DNA of 63,611 bases, counting the filler, from Craspedostauros australis (taxonomy: Eukaryota): assembly GCA_030167865.1 (NCBI GenBank). It is 11 parts of 11 records of this genome, joined end to end, with 100 filler letters (N's around TTAATTAATTAA, not from the genome) between each part and the next. Parts side by side here need not be neighbours in the genome. Positions count along the whole stretch, not along the records: positions 1 to 12,658 come from JALAGF010002816.1; positions 12,759 to 41,932 come from JALAGF010002818.1; 9 more parts are not named here. One strand, 5' to 3'. Both the position numbers and the translations under genes were made by a program. Each line of letters starts with the position of its first letter. Positions within the stretch are counted from its first letter, which is position 1. This document shows positions 11,851-24,700 of the stretch, piece after piece. The notes beneath the pieces are model-generated. The model searched no databases, was not told where the DNA came from, and saw nothing but the letters and a program-made list of their open reading frames with translations.

Positions 11851-12658
11851 CTGCATGTGATAGAATGAAATAGAAAACGAGAGACTTACTGAACGCCGAA
11901 GGGTGATCAATCCGTAGGAGAGCAGTAGGAGTACAAGTTTGTGGTTGAGTGTGTGTCTTTTGTCTTTAGAGCTGATACGAATCCAAATGATACTTTCGGA
12001 AGGATTGTGCGTAGGTGATGTGCAGCATCCATTACAGTTGGATCTGCATCATCTCTATTAGTAGTAGTATCAGGGAGCATTGAGTCTCCGTACGTGAAAT
12101 CATCGTGGTGTCGATGTTGCCATTTCCGAGAGGAGACATCAATTTCGTGATGGCCGGAGAGAGTGTTTGTTGTTCACTCTCTTCCGATCGATTTGGGGGA
12201 ACAAGGTTCATTCAACGGTCTGAGTTGGGACAGACTTGGTCCGGGATCCACTCGGGACTCAATCGTCCGCGTTGCGTACACGGTACCCAGTATCCGAACC
12301 CGATACTGCCATGAAAGGCTACCGTGCGCATGGTGTATAGTTGAACCACAATCCATGCTCTGCTCATCCTCCAGCTCATGCAACCGCGCCACCTGTTCAG
12401 CTAACCATCTTGCGAATCCTGCAGGCATCTTGAAGCATATCCACACCCGTGGATCAAGTACTGCTCTACAGATGGGGCTACTGAACAGCTGGGTATGTGC
12501 AGAACCATCACGACATGTTGCTGTACAACACAAACGGCTCAAGCACGATAGCATGAATCCTGCCCTTTTACTCGATCGTCCTGTCAACAGTAAGCTTAAC
12601 ACATAAAACAAGCAATCAGAAACAATCTTACCAGTTTACCTTCAAGTCTACTACAGTT

Positions 12659-12758
12659 NNNNNNNNNNNNNNNNNNNNNNNNNNNNNNNNNNNNNNNNNN
12701 NNTTAATTAATTAANNNNNNNNNNNNNNNNNNNNNNNNNNNNNNNNNNNNNNNNNNNN
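12659..12758. other. Artificial contig-joining linker (also at 41933, 43946, 45430, 51090, 54316, 56417, 57941, 59758, 61764; each 100 bp)
   Basis: Identical N44-TTAATTAATTAA-N44 blocks; the 12-mer gives stops in all six frames. Confidence 0.98.
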
Positions 12759-13039
12759 ACGAACGAGGAGGAAGGAAAAAGCTGGAGACACAAACGTGAA
12801 TGGACACCAATCGTTATTAACTCGGAACACCAAAGAACCTTCTGAAAAAACTACATGGTGGAAGGCTACGTTTGACCCATACGACTTCAAATATTTGATG
12901 GTCCATAAAACTTAAACTATAAACTTTAAAATTCTGGGTAATTTTCCTGTTGCTATAAACACTATAATGAGTAGGTTGGTATGATTAGTTCTGTTGTAAT
13001 CGAAGAAAAATTGCCACTCTACTTTACCAAAGGTTGGTC

Positions 13040-13550
13040 GACTCACTCACCCGACGCCGCGGATGGCTTCATCGATGGAATCAAGCTCAGCCTCTTCGAT
13101 GCCCGAGATCCTGACAACGTCAAGGAACTTTGGACTTACCATGGTCAAGACGAACTGAGCGTTGCGTATCACTACGACAAGGCTTGGCGCTATGTGAGAG
13201 AGGCTGATTAGAGGGGCACATTGATTATCCCGTTCTTCAGCCTACATGGGGAGACCTCTCGCAAATATGACTTCGTCAGTGGATTTGCTGTCTTCTGCAT
13301 GAGCATCGACACCGGCATCGTCTTTCGCTACACAGTCGACCATGACTCCAACCCGGCCAAATGCATCACACGTCTTCATACAAGCACGGAGAGTGAACGC
13401 GCACCAGCAATTACAATCTTCGTCATAGATGGCGACGTCATCACTCACAGAGATTGGAGTTTTGTGTCAACCGACCTTGACACTGGAAACAAGAATTGGG
13501 ATCTGTTGGCACTTCCGAACGACTATGCTGCTGATGATTCCTGCCGCTAG
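13040..13550 (+). pseudogene. C-terminal fragment of a Beta_propel (PF09826/COG4880-like) protein with an in-frame stop
   Basis: DGIKLSLFDARDPDNVKEL...DKAWRY..*..LIIP...SGFAVF..SIDTGI..RYTVDH; ORFs 12981 and 13221 are in the same frame, separated by TAG at 13209-13211; the N-terminal portion is absent. Confidence 0.65.
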
Positions 13551-14370
13551 CGAGAGAGGGGGACCCGAACCAAGCAGGAGAAGCATGAGCTGGGATCATC
13601 GTCCTGCTGGTTGCCTGCGACGTAGAGACTGCAAGAGCTGCCGTTCCTCTACCCTGCGAGGCGAGCATACCATACGCATTGGTACCATGCTCTCACTCTT
13701 CGCGCAGCCAGCCGGTATCAATGGTGCGGCGCAGGCGGATCTTTGCAATTGCACGGTCTACGACCCGGCCAAGGAATGGGCCAACGCATCCATTAAATGT
13801 CTCTCAGGTATGAATGGACGGTGCTATTCAGCACAGCACTCCAATAAAAGTACAGACACTCGAATATAAAAGGCAAGAAACCACAAACACGATATGTCCA
13901 AGTTGTTGCTCCTCTGGTCGCGTGGCTTGTGCACGACAGTTAGTGCAACAGGAGGGGGCCACAATTGAATTGCCCGCTCGGTGGAAAATCGGTGCCTCGA
14001 TTTCGCGGCGCCATCTTCATTGATTCTTGAGCGCAGCACATACTCACAACAGCTTCGAAGTACCACAGAATACGACTGATAGCACCAGTGCGAGCTATGC
14101 AGTCGAGGAGATAGGGTGAACGAACAAACCGTGGCAACTAGGTGCTCTCCATAGCACCTGTGTGACTTCGACGGTGTTGTTTCTCTTGTTTCTGCGAGAC
14201 AAAGCATGCACCGTACCCGTATTCCCATACTCCTAATTTGAAGCGCAATTGGATGCTCTAAGATACAATTAGGCATTGCTCCGGTCTAACGAATCCCTTC
14301 TGTCGCCCAGACAGGCCAGAACCAATCGGCTTTCTCCCCATTTCAGCCGTCTCCTCATCATCTGAGCTTC

Positions 14371-17300
14371 TTACTTCTTGGCAAATCTGGATGATTCGAA
14401 GTTCGCAACGATGCGTTGGCAAACCCGTTCGCCTTTGGCCTCCCATTCCTCCCTGTTCTGCAATGCGTAGTTCAGGTATTCCGCACTCGAAACACCAAAC
14501 ACACCGCATTCCTTCAGCTTGTGCGCCAGAGGGATGACGTAATTGTCGAAGAACCAGAGCTCGCCCTTGTACCAACCATCGGATGGATCTTTCGTGCTCC
14601 TGCCATCACGGTATGCCGCATACATTTCTTGAAACAGTCGTTCGTTCCATTTCTGCGTTGTACCGAATGATAGGTTTGATCGCAGTGTGGCGATTCCGAG
14701 CACCGAAGAGTAGTGACAGCATAGCAAGCGTAGCAGTAGATGCGACAGGTGTTCCAGATGGTAATGATGAGTGTCAGTACGATTCCAGCTACAAGCAGAG
14801 ATGCAGGCGATTGATTGATCGCATCATTCAGCCACAGCAATCAACTTCAACAATGGCCACATCATCTGCTCGCCTGAACAAATCAATTCATTTCAATTCA
14901 ATTCAACTGAATGTCCATTCGAATTCATTTTGACTCAAGCAGAAAGGAAACCGCCGTGGTACGTACCTGGTACACGTGCCAATGTTGCATCGTGTGTGCG
15001 ACGTCGCTTGCTTGGATGATGTGTTCAATAACGATGGTGGCCTTGCGGTTGAACGCTTCATCCTCGTCATCCAACTCCGTCTCATCCACCGGATGGAATG
15101 CCTTCTGCCATCGCGCCTTTCGGAGCTTCGTCATTTGCGGATCGAAGATGTCCGTGGCGAGAACGGAATTCACGATGAGCTGCCGGAAGTGGGTCATCTC
15201 CAATTTGGTGGGGAACAGACAGTTCCTGAGGTTGTCGAACTGATTCTCCATCAGCAGATTCCATGCGAGGTCCACCGAGCGTTGCTCCGCGATGCTTTGG
15301 TTGCGGTACATGGCCGATGTTTCGGGTTCCTCTTGCGCGAGCAGAAAGTTGGGCACTCCGGTGTGGCCTGCGTCATGGATGAGCGCGGAAAACACGACAG
15401 CGAACTGCGTCACAGGGTCCGAGCTGAGACCGTAGGTCACTTGGTGCAGGTCTGCGGACACGGCCAGCAGCTTGTCGATCTCCTCCTGTTGGCTGTCCTG
15501 TCTGTAGTCGACATCATCCGGCATGACAATACGCTTCAATAGCTTGTTGGCGGAGAGACACACATGCGAGGCATGTTCGAAGTTGTGGAATGGGTTGTCG
15601 TTGTAGAAGCCGGCAATGTGCTTGATGTACTCGCGAAGCTCTCTTCGGACGGATGGCGGCAGCAAGGAATTGGACTCTGCTGCAATCTTCACAGCCACCT
15701 TGGGATCATAGTCCGGCATCCCGATCACTTCCTTGACTTCGTCCAGCGCGATGGTGCACTCGAGTTCGAGATCTTCGCTGCTTTCTTCGGTCTGATTCAA
15801 CGCGCTGCGCTTCGCCACAATTCGGCGGAGCAAGGCACTGAGGATCTCCACATTCCATTCCACCAAGCGATCTCTTCGCTTGCGGCGGTCATTTTCATTC
15901 CACATGGATCGGCTGCTTCCGCGTCTGTTGATGTCAGTGGATTCCACAGAGCTTGTGGACTCGTCGACATGCGTGTGCGTTCGCCCGGCATTTTCCGTAT
16001 TGTCGCAGCTTTCGCTGCTGGTTTCGGAAATGCGGCCTGATGATCTGACGCTGTGGTCGTGCGGTGAGCCGATCTTTGGCTTCAGCCAGTAGGTTTGCAT
16101 CGTGCCCTTGCCCTTGACTTCGATCTTGTCTTTCCTCAGCTCCACCCAGTGTCCCTTGCCTCCCTTCATGAGTAGATCTGCGGTTTCCTTCGATAGGTGA
16201 ACTCGATTGCGTTGCCCCGCGCTTTCCAACCTTGCGGCAGTGTTCTGTTCCGGAAAGTGGTTGAGATGAAGTCAACAAACGTACGTACACATCGTGTGAA
16301 GAGGAATGGTGGGAGACATCAATGTGAGGATGAGCAAAACAAAGTAGAGCAAGGCGCGTTGCTGTATTTCCTTGCTGTAGTTCCGCTGCAATCCACGGAG
16401 TTTGCTTTTGGCGACATTTCCGCATGTACGATTGATGCTTCAATGGTGACACCATTGCGCTCCGCTAGTAGAGAGTATTGCGAATGTTCAACGAAGTTCG
16501 CTGAACGTCAACCTCGCTTGGGCGCGACGACAGAAATCGCAGCAGCTGGATACGAAACAAGGGAGCATTCGTAGAATGGGCAGAGGAGCGGATGCAACAC
16601 GCATGACGCACGATGAAAAACGAGGACATACGTACCATTGTATCACCAAAGAGCTGGAAACGGGACTTTTCACCGCGCAAAACGCCAGCAGTGACCGGCC
16701 CGCTGTGGACTCCCATCCTCATGGCGAGATCGCCCGTGCCAGGACCCAAGGCAGCCTCCAGGCTTCGCGTCAGCTCGTTGATGCGCGTGAGGCAAACCGA
16801 GGCGAAGCGAATCATGAGGATTGCGTGGTCATCTCTTGGATCCGGCAGGCCAGTTGCTGCAACATAGCAGTCGCCCACGGTCTTTTTTATTGTTGGGATG
16901 TTGCACAAACAGCAGGACGGAGTGTGATTGGAGAAGAAGTGCATAGAGCGCAGTTGCAAAGATCATGATGAGAGGGTGAGATGCATATCGGGTCCCTTGA
17001 GCTGCAGCGCACACATCCTTGCAGCACATTTGTTCGAGTTCAAATGTCCACCACGCGGCGGAGGATTGTTTGGCTTCCATCGTGAATGAACACTGATTAC
17101 TCACCTCGACCTTGAAAACGCCAAGCCGCCTGGCTGCCTTGTCCATGGCGCCGTACAGGGTTTCCAAGAGGGTAAACACCTGGCTGGGTTCGCGCGTGGA
17201 TGACCACGCCGTGAAACCGCTGAGATCCGCAAACAGCACCGTCGTGTTGGGCCAAAAGTCAGCAATCGGATCGCTCGTCGTGACATGCGCCAGATGAGCA

Positions 17301-19425
17301 TCTGCGGAGGTGTAGCGCTGATCCGATCGCGATGTGTGCGACTGTGGCTGGTCCGTGCAGTTTCCGGGTTGTGATGGGTCATCGTCGTTGAGATACGTCT
17401 TGAGACGCAGCTTGGGCGTTTGCATCGGCAGGTAGGATGCTGGGAGTGTCGATGATGGCGTTCCATTCTTCCCCTGATGCATCAATCGGTCTCGGACACC
17501 CGCCGGGAATAGTGATCTGCGAAGTTGCAAGAGGAAGCAAGTAGACAAACAAAGAAGTGGACAGGTGAGCGCCGAGAGCATGGATTGAGTCGGACACCAT
17601 AACGTGAAGTGCGCAGTGAGTACGATGCAGGAGCGCACGCTTTCGATCCTGTTCGTCAAATAGTGCAATGAAGTGTTGCAACACCGCGACACGCAATGCC
17701 CTCAACGTACCTCACGATAGCATTGCTGCGTTTTGCAAATTGCATGACGCGCTTTTGCCGTTTCTCCACGAGGCAATCGTAAAAGACGAAAACGGCCGCT
17801 GCCAAGATGAAGATACTTGCAACTCCGACGGACGACCAGATTGGTTGATCAGTGAGGAACTCATTTTCGTACGCGATGGTGGGGGCGATGCGGATGCGGT
17901 ACGAGCATACGGATGCGGCATCGTTGCTCGTGCTGCTTTGCCCTCCAAGGACGATGTTGTTGAATTCGGAATATTCGGACTGGAGACGCAGATCGAGCTT
18001 GTTGTCAAACACGATGGAGTCGTCCTTTCCGAGGTAGGTAACCGCATCCTCGCAGATGCGATAGACGTACTTGTCCTCGCTGTTGCATGTGCTTTCCAGG
18101 ACAACATCCAGCGCTTCGGCGATGCCATGGATGGAATTGCGGAGGATATGAATCCAGTAAAACTGGAACGAAATGGCACCCACTACGGACGGCTGGTCCA
18201 CCGCGCCATCCGTTTGGAACGTGTCGAAGATGGGCGTGTAGACGGAGACGTACGGACCCAGCGTTGACGATGACACATCGTCGTCGGTAGCTTGCGTTGC
18301 GCCATTCTCAGCGGCGTTGTTGAGATACAAGAGGGATGCTTCCGTGCCATCCAGCTGCGTCGGCGAATAGAGCGGCAAGGAATTGAGCTGCATCTGCTGG
18401 ATCGTCGATAACCTCTGCGATTCCGACATGTGATTGAACATGATGGTGGTGTTTGCCACGGAGTGCGGCGCCACCTGCCATGTCGGGGCGTAGAAGGGAT
18501 AGCTGGCAGCCGTGGCATCCACGTCCGACACGGCCTGGTGATCCTGAATTCTGTAAATCCCATTCGGAATGGACCAGTTGAGGTCTGACCGGAACGGCGA
18601 TGTGGAGATGGAGCCGTGGGATGCGTCCGATTCGGCCTGTGTTTCGGAATGCTCGCCATCTTGCGGAGCGGCGAACGAGGTGATGGGATCGCTGAAGTCG
18701 TCGCCAGATGCCGCGGAGTACAGATGGCGTTCTATCCTGGTTGCGTAGTCCTCCCATGCCTGACGCTGCTGCAGAGGTACGAATGGTATGAACCAAACCG
18801 ACGACGCCTGGATGAGCCGCCTGGATGCCGCGACCCGTCGTTCGAAGTCGGAGAAGGAGATGAACGGCCATGTGTTGGTGTCGATGCCCGCACCGTCACT
18901 GATGGCAGGGGCAGTCGCGCCGAGGCCGCTCCTGTCCTCGAGCTGGCCAAGGGAGGATGTGAAGGCTGTGGAGATGGTGGTGCAGGTCTGCAGGGTGTAA
19001 TCGATGCGCTCCAGGAAGACCTGCTTGAGATGGTCCGCCGTGTCATGGAATTCACTTCGCAACGTGTCCTCCTCGTTGCGATCGGCGAAGACGAACCAGA
19101 CGTAGGAAACGCCACCGGACAGACTGAAGAGACAGATCAGCACGATGCATTTGGCGGAGGAGAGGAGCCTGCTCTCGGTCTGTGACATGATGGCATGGGT
19201 GTTGTTGGTCGCTGCGCTGGACGCCCCCATGGAGAAGTCGTCATCGTCGGTCGCGCCGGAATGGAAGGGTCCGCGCAGGCTGGGCGTAGCCATGGTAACG
19301 TGGTCGTTCTCGTCGAGGTCGCTGCGGATGTCATCGTCGCCATGCCCCCCTGGAATGCCGCCATGCTGAAAGGAATCACTCGAGTCCGAGCTGACGTACT
19401 CGGCGGTAGTTTCATAGAACGGCAT
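14371..19425 (-). CDS. Membrane class III nucleotide cyclase / class I-like phosphodiesterase fusion, gene A (exons 19425-17711, 17516-17105, 16881-16636, 16244-14967, 14652-14371)
   Basis: Two TMs around a CHASE-like ectodomain; cyclase TVLFADLSGFTAW, FKVE|TVGDCY, RFQLFGDTM|NTAARLES; PDE NPFHNFEHASHV, LIHDAGHTGVPN, VLATDI, IIQASDVAH. All four introns are GT-AG and preserve frame. Confidence 0.93.
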
Positions 19426-21749
19426 GCTGCGAGTGCTGCTGGTTGATGCCGAGGCGAGCTGAGCTGATGTCCTGATTCAGTTGACGTCTCTGGTTGGTGG
19501 AGTCACCTTGTGACGAACTGCAGAACTTTTTCCGCCTTTGGCCGGGACTTGGCTTGGCCTGTCGTTGTGTCTGTCGTTGTGCTTGTGGAAGAACCTTGCA
19601 GCACTCTGTCGCTCTCGCTCTGTCTCTATGTCTGGTGGCGTTTGCGACCGCTGGATGGAGAAAGACGACGCCTTTCAAACCAGGATGGGTGGTGCGCAGA
19701 TGATGTGTGGTGATGGCTGGTCGAGACGTTCTCGCGCCGGTCTTTGATGGATCGACAAATCAACGCGGAATGCTTGTGGCTGGTGTGGTTGCTTCTGATG
19801 TTGTGGCTGTGGCTGCTGTGGCTGTTGCTGCAGATGCTTCCTATGCTTGGTTGCTGTTGTGGGTGGAGCTGCAATTGGATCTGTCCTTTCCTCTTTCGTT
19901 TCCAAGGGTTGCGAATGTTGTGATTGTTGTGGCGGGAATAGTTGTGGTCTCTCCGCGCGCAGTTTGTATCGGCGCGATCTACTCGCACTTGCGTCAATCA
20001 TCCACTTGCCTCGGAGTTAGTCAACCTCCATCTGCCCCAATACCCTCGTAGAGCACCGGTACAATTCGGAGAGGAGAGTTCTCCGAAGTTCGTGTACCCT
20101 GTCACCAACCTCCCTCCGTGGCGCTTCGTCTTGAGCGCTGTTCTTCTTCTCGCCTTTGTACAATTCTGGCACAAAACTCATCACGAACTGCCAATGCCCA
20201 ACGCGGAAGAAAATGCTGCGGCTCGTGGACAACAGGAAGGCATTGGGCGTCTTGGGCGTTTGCGAGGACTTTTTGTCAGTACATCAGAGTAGCGAACGAG
20301 ACTCGCTGTCACAGTGTGTGACAACTGTAATGACCCATGTTACATATTTTCCTATGACTGTGACATGTACCATTGTGCACATTATTAAGTACGCAATTGT
20401 CACCAGAATATCGCCCGAATGACCAAATTTCGTTCGATCAATTCGTCAGCAGCCTCCGATGAGACATGAAACCTCCGGCAACTCTTGGGTCCTTTGCGTC
20501 CATTCTCGATTCCCGCAGTCGTGGCGCGAACGAAATGCGCCAAATTCCAGAATCTCTTGACCTTGTTTCCGTCTCTCTCCCTCGCTCTCCTCTCTTCCCC
20601 TGTCGCGACTGTCCTTGTTTCCTTTCCTCTCCGTTTCCGAGGGAGGCACCATACGGCCGTGTTCTGAGTGCATTAGCAGCTCGTGCGTGGAGTGTATCTT
20701 CGCAAGTCCTGCTTCTCCTTTGCCTCTGGGATCATGCGACCATACGAGCGCGATTATGGTCGTGTGACGATGACGAAGGAGCTCTTGAAGTTCGCCACAT
20801 AACATTACCGAAGAAAGCAATAGCGAAGCTACGAACTATTCCATCGGAGACCATTGACTTCGGCCAAGGAAGGCATTTGTGTAGCCGAAACAGTATTCGG
20901 TTCTGCTAATTCTTCGAGTACTCCTCCTCTGAAGTCCAACAGTGCAATGAGACATTGGACCATGGCGGAGAGCGGAGACAGGCTGACATGATGTGGTGCG
21001 ATTGTTTTCGGCTCTGTGTGCCTTCTCGCATGACATGGCATCGCATCTCCCATTGGGCGATCCCCTCGGCGCCTGTTCCATCCGATGACCTCTCAACTGC
21101 AGTATTGCATTGCACTATACTCGTACATGTCTTCGGCTATCTACGACGTCGCTGGGGCTCCAACACAATGTTCTAACACGTGTCAATCCTCATGAAGAGC
21201 ACTCTGTTCTACGACTACTCCATGAATTCGAGCTACTCGCAGTCTTTCTGTCTTTGTTCTTGTTCATTCCTCAAGTTCAGTCGTTCGTACCAATCCACAC
21301 CAATGTATTGGGAGCTAAATGCCTACGATCTGTTGGAATCTCTTTTGGGATCGCTTCGTGCAGACAGCGACATCACAGAAAGGCGATCTTTATATATTGC
21401 GGTAAATTATGTATTTATCAACAAATTCACAGCAACAAATCGTCAATATGTTTACTTGAATATATATGTTATCCACCGCAGATCACAATTTAATTCGAAA
21501 CGCCAAAACAGTTTTGGCGCACCAACGCAGAAGGGTTCATCATGAATCCATTGCGGCAAGCCAGCTCCATCGTGATCACGAACTCGCAATGGGAAATGGA
21601 GAATTGTTCATCACGGGCACAGAAAGAGTCAGCAAGATGAATGCTCTGATAGAATGCGATACTTATCAAGCCATCGCCTCTGGCTTTGGCGAATGTCGTG
21701 CTCATAGTCTACGCCAGCAACGTTTCGCACAGCCATCGCAGAAGCAACC

Positions 21750-24700
21750 ATGATGCGCTCCCGCTCCTTCTCTTTGGGAAGGGGAGACTCTTGCTTTGAT
21801 GGCATCGACATCGACGTCGATATCAACATCGATACCATGGACAATAACACCAACGAAAGTAACAGCAGCAACATCAGCAGCGATCGCAGCATCGCCGTGC
21901 CAGTTATCACGGGCGATCGATCGCAGCACCGGCGCGCGCATGGTGGGGAAAGACGAACATCGTCCACCCGCATCCTTGACCGATCGCAACGCTCCACGCA
22001 GAGCTCCGATTCCAACTTCTCCTGCGACGGGAGCGTCGGCGTGGTCAGCGTCGTCTCGTACGCTCGCGCGCAGCACCGCGATCGGACCTTGTCGATTATC
22101 AGGGTCCTCGTGATCTGCACTCTGCTCTGCGTCGCGGCCATCGCGTCGGACATCGCTTTCATTCTCACATTGCGCGAAGAACAGCGCTCCTTCCACGAGC
22201 ATCTGGAGACCTTCGCGCGATACATCGTCGACGGAGTCATCACGCAGCTGGACACCAAGTACCTGCTCGCCGATTCCATGGCGTCGGAGCTATCATCGGC
22301 CATGTCGACATCGGCTTGGCCAAACGTCACCTACGCTGGGTTCTCGCAGCTTTGCCAACCGTTTTCAAAGCTGGCAAAGACCGACGCCATTTGGTACGCA
22401 CCGTTGGTCCGCAAGCACGAACAGGCGCAATATGACAGTTATCTCGCTGAAGAACGCACCAAATCCGCCTATGCACTCGGGAATCATCGTCCAGCGCGCC
22501 ATCTCCATCCTCTTTCATCCGACCGCACCCATCGAAGCTTTTCCGAAGACGACGCTGATCTGACCAATCAGAGACGTCATGTGCGCAGCGATCACGCGAT
22601 TGCGTCCCAACTATCACCAGAAGCCAGTCAGGGCGGGCACCTTCGAGCGGATGATGATGCAGCTGCGTTGAATGCCCATCACATCATCCATGAGAAGCCC
22701 AATAGCACGAGCATCAACTCGAACCGCTTCACGAATGGAATCATGTTCCCAATCCGCCAAGTCTCGCTCTCAAGACATGCCAGCAACCAGGACGCAAAAG
22801 ATCTCATGCAACGCGACCAGCTCGAGGACCTCACACGGGAAGAGGCGCTTGTGCGCATGATGCAAAGGAGGAGTGCAGTCTTCACGAAAGCCCTTCCTTC
22901 GCCAGGACCCAACGCTTCTATGCATGAACGGTACCAAACGCCCACATCTGCTTTGTATTTTCCAATTCACAGGAATATAAGTCAGAAAATGAGCAACGGC
23001 TCAGCATCCCCATCGCGAACATCGCTGGTAGATGCAGGAGATGACGTTGATCCCAACATCGTCGGAGCCTTGACGTTGGAGTTTGCGTGGATGACGCTGC
23101 TAGAAGGGTCCACATACACCCAAGAAGAACTCCTCACGGTGGTACTGGAGAACAGTTGTGAGCAGCAGTACACATTCACTGTAACTAACGGCACGGTCGA
23201 GTACGTTGGTGTGGGGGACCTGCATGGCTCGGAGTATGCTGGACCCGGCTCAGATACTGGCTACAAGCAATATGAAGGCTTCAGCATCATCACCATGGAT
23301 TCCTCTTCGTCGCGCACCGTCCTGCGAGATGATGAAGAGAGCAAAGATGTTCCTGAATCGTCTAGGCACAACCAACAAGTGTATCCCCATGCCCCCACCG
23401 CCTTCAAATCCCAGTGGTTTGTGCCGCAGCACAGCTTCTGTGACTTGCGTGTCATAGTGTATCCGTCTATCGAGATGGAAGACAAGTACATCACCGACCG
23501 CCCCAGGCATTACGAAGGCGCCATCGCTTTGTTCTTTGTGTCGGCGGCCGCGATATTCATCATATACGATTGCATCGTGGAACGCAAGCAGAAACAAGTT
23601 CAGGCTTCGGCACAACAGAACCATGACATCGTCAAGAGTCTCTTCCCCAGAACCGTCCGCGACCGCCTTTATGCGGCCACAGAGACCGCCATCACCGCCC
23701 CAGCATCCAAGGCGCCACTGCCTCCACTTGGCTTGACGGCAGAAAGTCCCACGGTTGCGACATCAAACAAGGACGCTGAAAAGGAAGACAGAATCCCCAT
23801 CATCAACGACGTGCTGAAGACCATCCGGGTCAGCGATATGCACACACCTCGAGTGCGCCTCAAGTCATTTCTCACAGGTAACGGATTCGGCACTGACGAC
23901 AGCAGCAAACGGAAGCAGAAAAAGAAGCGCGCAGATCCTGACGAGGATCTCGAGAAGCAGGCCATCGAGAAAGAGGCAGATGTTGAAGTTGATGTAGATG
24001 TTGATGTAGACATTTCTGCGTCGCCAAAGCGCAGACCCAGAGCAAAGCGGAAACTATCCATCGGCCACGGGTTGATGAAGCGTTCGGGATCCAAGAATGG
24101 CCAAAGCATGCAAGATGCTATGGCACAAGTGCTGGCGCAAGAACCGATCGCAGATCTATTCCCCAACGCCACAATACTATTTGCACATATCAGCGGGTTT
24201 ACACCATGGAGCAGCGAACGTGAACCACGGCAGGTGTTTTCTTTGCTGGAGAATTTATTTGGTGCCATGGACAAGATCGCGCACAGGTACAATGTGTTCA
24301 AGGTGGAGACGGTTGCGGATTGCTATGTTGCGGCGACTGGTCTCCCCGGTAAGTCTGGTTGCACTGCGTGTGCACCATACTGAGACTTGGATGAACCCGA
24401 CCCATGTACACTTGCAGGGGAGATTGAGATTCCCCATGTTGCCATCTTTGTACCCAACCATTGTTGGAATCTCACGCCTGTACGCCACTCTCTCTCTCTC
24501 TCTCTCTCCCTCGCTGTAACTGCCACCACTGAAACCACTGCGGGATATGTACGCTGTAACTGCCAACACTGAAACCACTGCGGGATATGTACAATGTTTC
24601 ACATCCTTGATCACCCGCAACCTCTTGCATTGTACCATGCCACGCTATGCCATGCCATTCCCCAGATCTGCAACCGGACCATGCCGTGATCATGGCGCGC

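Noticed and set aside
19426..21749. Small ORFs between the divergent cyclase genes
   Set aside because: No recognisable product; treated as shared upstream region, and no specific promoter element could be supported.
24512..24591. 40-bp direct repeat as CRISPR-like
   Set aside because: Two adjacent copies with no spacer inside a eukaryotic intron; no cas genes.
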